Source of the DNA: Polyangiales bacterium
GTDB taxonomy: Bacteria; Myxococcota_A; Polyangia; Polyangiales; Ga0077539
DNA: 64,000 nucleotides
Direction of reading: 5' to 3'
NCBI GenBank assembly: GCA_044229975.1
Contig: JBGARZ010000002.1
Span: 64,001-128,000 of the forward strand
Each line of letters begins with the position of its first letter. The first letter of the stretch is position 1. Below, in pieces: positions 38,992 to 47,648 of the stretch. The notes below the pieces were generated by a model that was given only the letters and a program-made list of their open reading frames with translations, was not told the origin of the DNA and did not search any database. A program made the position numbers and the translations under genes.

Positions 38992-39846
38992 TCAGCTCGT
39001 AGCGAGCCCCGTCCACATCCCCCGCGCGACTCCTTGCGCGAGCCATCGCTGGGCGTTGCCCGGTAGCGCCGCCCGCTCCGCCTCCGAACCCCCCGCCTCC
39101 AGCCGCGCGAGCGCCTCGCGCACCGGGTGCTCCCGCAACAGCATCAGCAGCTCCGCTTCGCGCGCTTCGAGCGCGAGCTGACGGATGCCTGCCACCTCGC
39201 GGACGAGCACCCACCAGCGCAGCTGCGGCAGGCGCTCGGGCACCGCCACCCGCGTCTCTCCGCGCGCCGCCGCCGCGACGCCTCGCAGTGCCAACAAGGG
39301 CCAACGCTCCACGACGATGGCCGTCGCGGGTGAGCTTTCGAGGCGCGCGTCGAGCAGGCGTGCCGCATCCGCCGCGCTCGGAACAAACGGCACCGTCGCG
39401 GGCGCGCGGAAGATGATCCGCCAGGCAGCATCGAGCCGTGCCGCGTCGAGCAGCACGTCGCGGAGCGGGTGCTCGCCGATGGACTCCGCGAGGAAGTCCT
39501 CGAAGCCGTCGGGGGCGCGGTCGAGGTCCCAGTGACGCGGCGGGTGTGCGAGCAGGAAGCGCGCGGAGTGCTCGTTGAAGTGCCAGTGACCGAGCAGCCG
39601 CGACGTCAGCGGAAACGCCGTCTGCAACACCCCGAAGAGCCGAAACCAGTACTGCCGGTTGTAGACCGCGAGCCGGTCGGCGGCGATGGCGCGTGGCCCG
39701 TCCATCGCCTCGGCGAGAGCGCCCGGGTCGTACGCCGTGGGCGTCGCGCGCAGCGTGTTGGTGCTGCGATCGAGTGGCGTGCGGATCACCGACCCAAAGC
39801 GCTCCTGCATCTCCGCGAGCCACGGCGGCGGTTCGCGGCCGCTCAC
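38992..39846 (-). CDS. DUF2063-family MNIO partner protein (HvfC/BufC-like)
   Basis: LAEMQERF, RLAVYNRQYWFRL...L...FP....LLG...F, ARLDAAW. GTGA-coupled to the DUF692 gene. Confidence 0.88.
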   Translation of the reverse strand: MSGREPPPWLAEMQERFGSVIRTPLDRSTNTLRATPTAYDPGALAEAMDGPRAIAADRLAVYNRQYWFRLFGVLQTAFPLTSRLLGHWHFNEHSARFLLAHPPRHWDLDRAPDGFEDFLAESIGEHPLRDVLLDAARLDAAWRIIFRAPATVPFVPSAADAARLLDARLESSPATAIVVERWPLLALRGVAAAARGETRVAVPERLPQLRWWVLVREVAGIRQLALEAREAELLMLLREHPVREALARLEAGGSEAERAALPGNAQRWLAQGVARGMWTGLATS

Positions 39847-40682
39847 GCGCGGGCCTCACGGGCCTTGGCGAGCTCGGCGAGCACCTCGGGCATCGGCGGG
39901 ATGCGGTCGTCCCACTCCAGCAGCGTCGGGAAGGGGCCGCCGTGCTTCCAGGCGTGCGCGTACAGCGCCCACACCGCATCCGGAACCGGGTGGTCGTGCG
40001 TGTCGACGAGCGTCCCGTCGGGCTCGCGCGTGTGCCCCGCGAGGTGCACCTGGAGCACGCGCGAGTAGTCGACGGCGCGCAGGTACTCGTGCGGGTCGAA
40101 GCCGTGGTTCTGGCTCGACACGTAGACGTTGTTGACGTCGAGCATCGACCAGCAGCCCGCCTCGCGGACCACCGCTGCGTAGAAGTCCCACTCGCTCATG
40201 GTCGAGCGGCCGAACTCCACGTAGCTCGACAGGTTCTCGATGCCGAAGGGGCGACCGAGGCGCCGCTGAACGTGGTGCGCCCGCTCGGCGGCGAGCTCGA
40301 CGAGCTCGGGGGTGTACGGTGTCGGCAGGAGGTCGTGGTGCGACACGCCGTGGGCGCCCGTCCAGCACAGGTGGTCGGTGACGAAGGGCGCGTCGACGTG
40401 GTCGGCGAGGCGGCAGAGCGCGTCGAGGTACGCCTCGTCGAGCGGGGCGTGGCCGAGCAGGTTGAGGCCGACGCCGTGCAGCACCACGGGGTAGCGCGCG
40501 CGCACCGCGTCGAGGCGCGCGCGCGGGGGGAGCGCGGGGCCGAGGAAGTTCTCGCTGATGACCTCGAAGTACCCGACCGCGGGCCAGTGCTCGAAGAGGT
40601 AGGGGTAGTGGGCGAGCCGCAGTCCGAGCCCGAGGGCGTCGCGCGGGAGCGTGCTCGATGGTCCGGTCACGGGGCCGACCAT
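39843..40682 (-). CDS. DUF692 multinuclear non-heme iron-dependent oxidative enzyme (MNIO)
   Basis: GLGLR..HY, EVISENF, HGVGLNL, DHLCW, DLLPTPYT, IENLSSY, LDVNNVYVS, HLAGH, DTH, LEWD. GGAGG Shine-Dalgarno before ATG 40682. Confidence 0.95.
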   Translation of the reverse strand: MVGPVTGPSSTLPRDALGLGLRLAHYPYLFEHWPAVGYFEVISENFLGPALPPRARLDAVRARYPVVLHGVGLNLLGHAPLDEAYLDALCRLADHVDAPFVTDHLCWTGAHGVSHHDLLPTPYTPELVELAAERAHHVQRRLGRPFGIENLSSYVEFGRSTMSEWDFYAAVVREAGCWSMLDVNNVYVSSQNHGFDPHEYLRAVDYSRVLQVHLAGHTREPDGTLVDTHDHPVPDAVWALYAHAWKHGGPFPTLLEWDDRIPPMPEVLAELAKAREARA

Positions 40683-40762
40683 AGCGCCTCCCTTGGGCGT
40701 TGCGGTGCGCCGCGCGGCCGTGGAATCCTCTCCGCCCGACCCCGTGGCCGCCGGAACCCGAT

Positions 40763-41866
40763 GTGCGAACCCCACCGCTGATTCGCCACCTCCGCGGCGT
40801 CGCTGTCCTCCTGGTGCTCGTCGCGCTCGATCAGCTCGTGACGGCCATCCGTCCCGTCCGCGGTGCTCCCTTCCAGGCGTCTCCGCTGCGCGTCGCGTCC
40901 GCGCTCTACGACCACGACCTCGCGCCGGGCGCCGCCACCGAGGAGCGCTGGGGCGACGCGCTCACTCCCCTCGTCACCAACTCCCTGGGCTTCCGCGATC
41001 GCTCGCGTCGCCGCATCGATCCGTCGTCGCGCCGTCGCCGGGTCTTGTTCATGGGTGACTCCTTCGCCGAGGGCATCGGGGTCCCCTACGAGCAGACCTT
41101 CGTGGGCCGCGTCGACGATCGCCTGCGCCGCGATGGCGTCGAGGTGCTCAACGCCGCGGTGGTCTCCTACTCACCGTCGATCTACTGGCGGAAGGTGAAG
41201 CACCTCGTCGAGACCGTGGGCCTGCGCTTCGACGAGCTCGTGGTCTTCGTCGACGTCTCCGACGTGCAGGACGAGGCGTGGTTCTACGAGCGCCGCGGCG
41301 ACGCCGTCGTACGGCAGCCCGGCGCCGACGAGCGCGTCTTCGGCGTGACGGCGCCGATGCGCCTCGCGTTCTGGGGCATCGGCCACTCCATCACGCTGCG
41401 CACCCTGTACCCCTTCGTGCCACGCGGTCACCGCGACCCGCTCGCGCATGCCCTCGACCACGCCAACCTCTCCTGGCGCCGCGGCGCGTGGACCACCGAC
41501 GCCGCCACCTACGCCTCGTACGCGCCCGTCGGCCTCGCGCGCTCCGACCGCGCCATGAACGACCTCGCCGCCCTGCTCGCTGCCCGCGGCATCCGGCTCA
41601 CCGTCGCGGTGTACCCGTGGCCCGTGCAGATCTTCGCGCGCGACCGCGACTCGCTCCAGGTGTCGCACTGGCGCGAGTGGTCGCGGCAGCACGGCGCCGA
41701 CTTCCTCGATCTCTTCCCTCGCTTCATCGGCGACGACCCCCCCGCGCGCGTCTACGACGCCCTCTTCATCCCCGGCGACTGTCACTGGAACGCCGCCGGT
41801 CATCGCGTCGTCGCCGACGCCTTCCTCGACCACTACCTCCACCGCCCGCGCCCCGGAGTGCATTGA
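40763..41866 (+). CDS. SGNH/GDSL hydrolase-family membrane-anchored protein
   Basis: N-terminal TM, TNSLGFRD, FMGDSFAEG, VLNAAVVSYSP, DCHWNAAGH. Confidence 0.88.
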   Translation: MRTPPLIRHLRGVAVLLVLVALDQLVTAIRPVRGAPFQASPLRVASALYDHDLAPGAATEERWGDALTPLVTNSLGFRDRSRRRIDPSSRRRRVLFMGDSFAEGIGVPYEQTFVGRVDDRLRRDGVEVLNAAVVSYSPSIYWRKVKHLVETVGLRFDELVVFVDVSDVQDEAWFYERRGDAVVRQPGADERVFGVTAPMRLAFWGIGHSITLRTLYPFVPRGHRDPLAHALDHANLSWRRGAWTTDAATYASYAPVGLARSDRAMNDLAALLAARGIRLTVAVYPWPVQIFARDRDSLQVSHWREWSRQHGADFLDLFPRFIGDDPPARVYDALFIPGDCHWNAAGHRVVADAFLDHYLHRPRPGVH

Positions 41867-42780
41867 ACGACGTTCCCCCGAAGGTCGCGGTGCTGCTCGC
41901 CAACTTCAACGGCGGGCGCTTCCTCGACGAGGCCATCGCGAGCGTCGTGGCGCAGACCTTCCGCGACTGGGAGATGGTCGTCGTCGACACCGGGTCGGAC
42001 GACGAGTCGGTCGCCATCCTGGAGCGATGGGCCGCGATCGATGAGCGCATCAAGCCGGGGTTCTTCCCCGAGCGCATGTCGTGCCCCGCGGCGCTCAACG
42101 TCGCGCTGGAGCGCAGCAAGAGCCCGCTCGTCGCGCGCATCGAGAGCGACGACCTGTGGGAGCCGGGTCGCCTCGAAGCGCAGGTCGCCTTCTACGATCG
42201 ACCCGAAAACGCCCGCGTCGGCGTGCTCGGCACCGCCGCGACGCTCATCGACGAGTCGGGCGCGGTCACCGGGCTCAAGCGCTTCCCCGAGTCCCACGTC
42301 GGGTGCATGGAGATGATCTGGTTTCGTACGCCGCTCTGTCACAGCTCGGTGCTGCTGCGGCGGGCGGCCTTCGAGGAGTGCGGCGGCTACGACGACCGCT
42401 ATCGCTACTGCGAAGACCTCGAGCTGTGGTTTCGCGTGGGCCGCCGCTGGGAGGTTCGCAACCTGCCCGAGGCACTCACCCGCTACCGCGTGTGGACCGG
42501 CAGCCTCACGACCCGGCGCCTCACCACCCTCGTCTGGCGGAGCTGGCTCATCCGCATGTGGCGCGCGCCCTCGCTGGGCTACGAGGTCCCGCTCGGGGCG
42601 CGGGTGTACTCGTGCCTGAGCTTCGGCGTGCTCGCGCTGCCGCCCTTCACCACGCGGCGCCTCTACGAGTTCGTCGTCCAGCAGATCGGCGACCGCATCG
42701 AGGGCTCAGCCCCTCAGCGCGGCGACTCGCAGGTGGGCCACGGCTCCTCGAACACGTCGAGCTCGAAGAACCGCACCTGA
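41863..42780 (+). CDS. Glycosyltransferase family 2
   Basis: NFNGGRFLDEAIASV..QTF.DWE..VVDTGSDD, ESDD, HSSV, EDLELW. TTG start overlaps the upstream stop. Confidence 0.9.
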   Translation: MNDVPPKVAVLLANFNGGRFLDEAIASVVAQTFRDWEMVVVDTGSDDESVAILERWAAIDERIKPGFFPERMSCPAALNVALERSKSPLVARIESDDLWEPGRLEAQVAFYDRPENARVGVLGTAATLIDESGAVTGLKRFPESHVGCMEMIWFRTPLCHSSVLLRRAAFEECGGYDDRYRYCEDLELWFRVGRRWEVRNLPEALTRYRVWTGSLTTRRLTTLVWRSWLIRMWRAPSLGYEVPLGARVYSCLSFGVLALPPFTTRRLYEFVVQQIGDRIEGSAPQRGDSQVGHGSSNTSSSKNRT

Positions 42781-44660
42781 TCGCGCATGCCGTTGCGCTC
42801 GGGCGGATCGCGCTCCAGCACCAGCTCGACGTCGATGGGCCCGGCCTCGTGCTCCTGCGCCGGAATCAGGTAGCGCTCCACGTCGTGCGGCCCGGCCGTG
42901 AGGTTGAACAACATCTGCGTCCCCGCGCGCGGGTCGGGCTGCGGCGCGCGCACCCGCCCGCCGATGCGCACCGTGGGGTGGCAGAAGCTCCCGTGCTGCA
43001 CGCCGATCACCCGATCGCCCGCGCCCTGGTTGAGCGTCGCGCGCAGGCGCAGCGTCCCGGCGGGCGCGTCCATCCAGAGGTCCTCGAAGGGCCGCTCGGT
43101 CACTCCGCCGCGGATGGGCTGCGAGACCTGGGTGAGCGTCTCGCACGCGAAGCCGCAGCGCCCCGGCAGGATGCGAGAGAAGTTCGGCGACGACCACACG
43201 CTGCCGTCGGGGAGCGAGAGGTTCATCTCCACGGGTCGGAGCTGCGGGTCGTAGCCGGCGAGCACGCGCGTCGTCGCGCCGGGGATGACCTGCTGCCAGA
43301 CCGCGAAGCGCGACGACACCCGGGCGCAGCGGTCGACGAGGAGCGCGTGCTGCGGTCTCGATGGGCCGGCGGTGAAGGTCTTTGCGATGGAGCGCGGCCC
43401 GATGCTCTCCGACCACCACGAGGGCCCGTGCGTCGCCGACAACCAGCGGGCCGGCGGGATGCCGTGCCGGGTCGACGCGCGCGCGATCAGGATCTGCTCC
43501 CGGTATGTGAGCTTGTCGGCCAGCGCGGTGAGTTGGGGGCGCGCGGTGCCGGCCTTGAAGAGCGTCGAGCGCGCGACCAGCAGCATGGCCGTCCAGGCCA
43601 CGAGGGAGAGGGCGAGGCGCAGCCGCTCGGGGGCGCGCGCGGCCCACCCCGCGACGGTGCCGAGCGCGGCGGCGACGAGGAGGCCGAGCGCGGGCTCGAA
43701 GACCAGGAGGTAGCGGGGCAGCCAGAGGTAGCTGTGGCGGGTGTAGAGGTACGCGCCGCAGGGCCCGGCGAAGAAGGCCAGGAGCATCGCCGCCGAGCGC
43801 GGCTCGTGCCGTACGCGGGCGGGCCCGAAGGCCGCGACCGCGAGGACGACCAGCGCGGCGACGACGGTGGTGGTCGGGAGGCTGAGCTGGGCCGAGTCGA
43901 AGCTGCCACCCTGCGCCGTGAGGAAGGTGTGGATGGCCGAGGTCGAGTGGAGCGAGCCCGGCAGGGCGCGGGTGCGCAGCGCCTCGTAGACGGTGGTGCC
44001 CTGGATCAACAGCGGCGCGGTGATGGCCGCGACCAGCGCGCGGCGCGAGGTCGGCGGGCGGTAGGCGATCGCCGGGATGAGGAGCGCGGGCATGGCGAGC
44101 AGCGCGATGCCGTGGAAGTGCAACGCGAACGCTGCGCCGGTGGTGGCGAAGACGAGGTAGCGGCCACCCCTGCCGTTGATCCAGTGCACCGCGCCCCACG
44201 CGAGGGCGGCGAGGGGGAAGGTGGTGAAGGGCGCGTGCTGGCCGTCGCGGTAGGCGAAGAGGAGGTTGACGTCGGACGCGATGACGACGCCCGCGGCCAG
44301 GCCCCAGGGCCAGCCGTAGCGAGCGCGGATGAGCCGCGCCGACAGCACGACCGCGGCGCCGAGCAGTGTCAGCATGAGCCAGTACTCCGCCGCGGGGTCG
44401 GCGGTGAAGTACCGGATGAGCGCGAGCAGGTAGAGGTACCCGGGGCCCTGGAGCACCGAGCCCGCGAGGGGGCAGTTGCCGGTGCGGAGGCACGCCTCGC
44501 CGCGCTGGTGATAGATGTCGTGCTCGAAGGTGAACGGCCGCCCCGCGTCGATCTGCGTGGCGTACCGAACGACGAGGACGAACAGCACCACGTCGGCGCA
44601 CAGCGCGAGCAGCGGAAGCAGGCGTCGAACCCGCGGATCCCCGGTGAGACGATCGGACAC
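42714..44660 (-). CDS. Polytopic membrane protein, GT-C/ArnT-like glycosyltransferase
   Basis: About 10 hydrophobic segments, loop FEHD and GPGYLY, RYLL..EP, large periplasmic C-terminal domain. Confidence 0.6.
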   Translation of the reverse strand: MSDRLTGDPRVRRLLPLLALCADVVLFVLVVRYATQIDAGRPFTFEHDIYHQRGEACLRTGNCPLAGSVLQGPGYLYLLALIRYFTADPAAEYWLMLTLLGAAVVLSARLIRARYGWPWGLAAGVVIASDVNLLFAYRDGQHAPFTTFPLAALAWGAVHWINGRGGRYLVFATTGAAFALHFHGIALLAMPALLIPAIAYRPPTSRRALVAAITAPLLIQGTTVYEALRTRALPGSLHSTSAIHTFLTAQGGSFDSAQLSLPTTTVVAALVVLAVAAFGPARVRHEPRSAAMLLAFFAGPCGAYLYTRHSYLWLPRYLLVFEPALGLLVAAALGTVAGWAARAPERLRLALSLVAWTAMLLVARSTLFKAGTARPQLTALADKLTYREQILIARASTRHGIPPARWLSATHGPSWWSESIGPRSIAKTFTAGPSRPQHALLVDRCARVSSRFAVWQQVIPGATTRVLAGYDPQLRPVEMNLSLPDGSVWSSPNFSRILPGRCGFACETLTQVSQPIRGGVTERPFEDLWMDAPAGTLRLRATLNQGAGDRVIGVQHGSFCHPTVRIGGRVRAPQPDPRAGTQMLFNLTAGPHDVERYLIPAQEHEAGPIDVELVLERDPPERNGMRDQVRFFELDVFEEPWPTCESPR

Positions 44661-44754
44661 GGCGCCATTGGGGCTGCGATGGGATGGCGCGTCAAGCGCG
44701 TAAGGTTGCCGCTCTCTCCGTCGTCAGCTGCCTTCGCGCATAGACTCCGCGCCC

Positions 44755-46806
44755 GTGGACGCCCCCGACCTCCCGCCCGATGCCCCCGCACCGCGCGAGG
44801 TGCTGTGGCAGCAGGCGCTCATCCGCGCGTCGCTCCAGGGCCTCGAAGACGTCGCCACCGCCGACGCCGCCGAGGTGCTCTTCGCCCGCTCGCGCCGCCC
44901 CTCCACCGCGAGCACCTTCTTCGATCAGCTCGGCGAGGCCGCCCTCGCCCGGGGCTTCGCGGTCGCTCGCGTGAGCGTCCTCGAAGAGCGCGCCTTCGAC
45001 ACCCTCGACGGCCTCGTGCGCAACCTCCTGCTCTCCCTGCGCGCGCCCGCGATGCCCTCGCGCGCCCGCGGCTGGTCCGCCCTGCTCGATCGCTTCGCCG
45101 CCGCGCACCCCTCCGCCGCCGCGGCCTCCGCCGCCTTCGAGCGCGTCGCCCTCCGCTACGGCGCCGCGGGTGACCTCTCGGTGCTCAGCCGCGAGTACCT
45201 CGACGCCTCCCCTCGCCCGGCCCGCGCCCTCGCCCGCCTCGACGCGTGGCTCTCGGGCACCGAGCTCGCTCGCGTCGAGGGCCGCGTCGCCGCGCTCGCG
45301 TCGCTCACCTCCGTCACCGCCCGCCGCGCCCTCGGGGAGTTCACGCGCCTGCTCCGCGCGCTCGGCCACCACGGGCTGGTGATGATCTTCGAGGGCGCCG
45401 AGGTGCTCACGCGCCTCTCGCCCGCGCGCCGCGACGGCAGCTTCACCGTGCTGCGCGAGCTCATCGACAACGCCGACGGCGGTCGCGGTCTCGTCGCCGC
45501 CCAGCTCTGGGTCTCCGGCACCGCCGCCCTCTTCGACGGCCCGCGCGCCATCACCGCCTTTCGCCCGCTCGCCACGCGCGTCCTCGTCACCTCCACCTTC
45601 GACGGAACCTTCCCCCCGCCCCACCGCGCCCTCGTCGACCTCACGCCCATCGGCGACTGGGACCCGGGCAACCTCCTCCCCACGGTGCGCCCTCCCGCCC
45701 CGGAGGTGGCCTCCGCGCTCCGCGCCGTGATGCGCGCCTCGCACGGCCTGCCCCCGGCCGACCCGGAGGTCTCCATGAGCGTCGGCCACGAGCGCATCGA
45801 TGCCACCATCACCGAGCTCTTCCACCACGCGGCGCTGGAGAGCTCGGTGTTCGCGCTGGTCACGGGCGTCTACGGCGCGGGCAAGTCGCACCTGCTCATG
45901 CACCTCACGGCGCGCGCCCTCGCGGAGAAGCGCCCGGTGTTTCGCCTCGCGATGGAGCACCTCGACGCTGACCTCGGCAACCCGCAGCGCCACCTGCGAC
46001 GCATGCTCGACCAGGCCGTGCTGCCGCTCCCGTCGGCGCCCAGCGCGCTCGATCGACTCGTCGCGTGGACGCGCTCTGCGGTGGGCGTCCATGACCTGCT
46101 CACGGCCCTCGAAGAGATCGCCGCCACCGCTGGGGACGCCGCCGTCCCCGCGCGCAAGGCGCTCTCCCGCGCGTCGCGCCAGGCGGGCGCTGGCGTCGCG
46201 CTGGAGAGCTTCCTCGGCGCCTCCGACCTCGCCGCGCGCGTGGGCACGTCGGCGTATCGCCGCGACGCCTACCAGCGCCTCCAGCTCTGGCTCGAACTCC
46301 TCGCCCGCATGGACGGCTGCCGCAACCCGATGATCCTCATCGACGAGGCCGAGAACCTCTACCGCGGCCTCGACCGCGGGCAACGGCGCGCGGCGCTGCG
46401 GTCGCTGTCGTTCTATTGCGGCGGCACGCTCCCCGGGAGCTGCGTGGTGCTCGCCATCACGCCCGACGCCCTCACCTCGCTGCGCCAGGAGGCCGGAGAA
46501 CTCCTCGACGACGTGGCCGAGCAGCGCACCGTGCTCCCCTCCGAGGACGCCGCGATGCTCCGTCGGCGCATCACCTTCACGCGCCCGGTGGAGGTGCCCG
46601 AGCTCGACGCGGGGCAGCGGGTGGTGCTGGCGTTTCGGGTGCGCGCGACGCACGCGAGGGTGCGCGGCGACGTGGACGATCCGCGCTGGGCGTCGTGGGT
46701 GACGGGCGCGCTCGCCGACGCCGCGACGCCGCGCGAGCTGGTGCGCCGGGTCATCGATCGGCTGGAGGGGTTGTGGTGGCGCGCGGGCGCCGTCTCGACG
46801 CGCTGA
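44755..46806 (+). CDS. Tandem BrxD/DUF2791-like P-loop ATPase (degenerate N-domain, intact C-domain)
   Basis: C-half GVYGAGKSHLL and ILIDEAEN. N-half keeps the scaffold (AL.RGFAV, WLSG, GHHGLVMIFEGAE, LRELIDN) but has no Walker A. Confidence 0.75.
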   Translation: MDAPDLPPDAPAPREVLWQQALIRASLQGLEDVATADAAEVLFARSRRPSTASTFFDQLGEAALARGFAVARVSVLEERAFDTLDGLVRNLLLSLRAPAMPSRARGWSALLDRFAAAHPSAAAASAAFERVALRYGAAGDLSVLSREYLDASPRPARALARLDAWLSGTELARVEGRVAALASLTSVTARRALGEFTRLLRALGHHGLVMIFEGAEVLTRLSPARRDGSFTVLRELIDNADGGRGLVAAQLWVSGTAALFDGPRAITAFRPLATRVLVTSTFDGTFPPPHRALVDLTPIGDWDPGNLLPTVRPPAPEVASALRAVMRASHGLPPADPEVSMSVGHERIDATITELFHHAALESSVFALVTGVYGAGKSHLLMHLTARALAEKRPVFRLAMEHLDADLGNPQRHLRRMLDQAVLPLPSAPSALDRLVAWTRSAVGVHDLLTALEEIAATAGDAAVPARKALSRASRQAGAGVALESFLGASDLAARVGTSAYRRDAYQRLQLWLELLARMDGCRNPMILIDEAENLYRGLDRGQRRAALRSLSFYCGGTLPGSCVVLAITPDALTSLRQEAGELLDDVAEQRTVLPSEDAAMLRRRITFTRPVEVPELDAGQRVVLAFRVRATHARVRGDVDDPRWASWVTGALADAATPRELVRRVIDRLEGLWWRAGAVSTR

Positions 46807-46812
46807 CGACGG

Positions 46813-47565
46813 CTACTTGAACCAGTCGCGACCGGGGCCGATGAGGAAGCCGATGAAGCTCCCCACCACGAGCGCGGCGACGATGAGCATCACCGAGAGG
46901 CGCGCGGGCGGCGCCGGGGTCGTCCGCCAGCTCCGGCGCATCAAGCGCTTGGCGACGATCTGCGCGAGCGGGCCCTTCGGGTCGGTGCCGAGCATCACGC
47001 CCAGGCAGCGCAGCATGATCTTCTCGATGTCGGGCGCGCGCTGATCGACGGGGCTGCCCGGCACGCGCAGCTCGTTGAGCGCCACCGCGTAGATGAACGC
47101 CATCCCCACCGGCAGCTTGCCCTGGTTGTCGGGCGCGCCGAGGATCTCGCAGACCTTCGTCCACTGGTTCTGGCTGACCAGGTTTTCGATGGTGCCCATG
47201 GCGATGGTCGACGCCGCGGAGGGCGGCATGCGCGACAACGTCGGCTCTGGCAGGTTGGACGGCATCACCTCGCGCTTCATGCCCTCCAGCAGCGCGCTCG
47301 GCGGCGTCGTCGCGATCATCTCGACGGGCTCGACCGTCTCGATGAGCAGGAGGTCGGACGGGTGCAGCGACACCGGCGGCACCGTCGGCGAAGCGCCCTC
47401 CGGCGGAGACAGCGTCGGCGGAGCCTCGCTCCCGCGCTGCCCCATGGTGGTGATCTCGATGAAGTCCGCGAGGGCGCGCAACGAGGGTCGCTCGCTGACG
47501 GGACGCTTCTCCTCTTCCTCCCAGCTATCGCCAGGCGGAGGAACACTCTTGACGGGCCCGGCCAT
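46813..47565 (-). CDS. Hypothetical protein with Pro/Ser-rich N-terminus and C-terminal TM anchor
   Basis: Strong GC3 bias, SxPP-type motifs, C-terminal LSVMLIVAALVVGSFIGFLIG. Confidence 0.65.
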   Translation of the reverse strand: MAGPVKSVPPPGDSWEEEEKRPVSERPSLRALADFIEITTMGQRGSEAPPTLSPPEGASPTVPPVSLHPSDLLLIETVEPVEMIATTPPSALLEGMKREVMPSNLPEPTLSRMPPSAASTIAMGTIENLVSQNQWTKVCEILGAPDNQGKLPVGMAFIYAVALNELRVPGSPVDQRAPDIEKIMLRCLGVMLGTDPKGPLAQIVAKRLMRRSWRTTPAPPARLSVMLIVAALVVGSFIGFLIGPGRDWFK

Positions 47566-47648
47566 GGGTTCGCTCTTTCCCTTTTCGGCGTCGACGATAC
47601 GCCGAGCCCGCGGCCGTTGCCCACTCTCTTGCAGCGGCACGAGTGCCG

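Noticed and set aside
44755..46806. Complete BREX system
   Set aside because: No pglX, pglZ, brxC or brxHI in the window.
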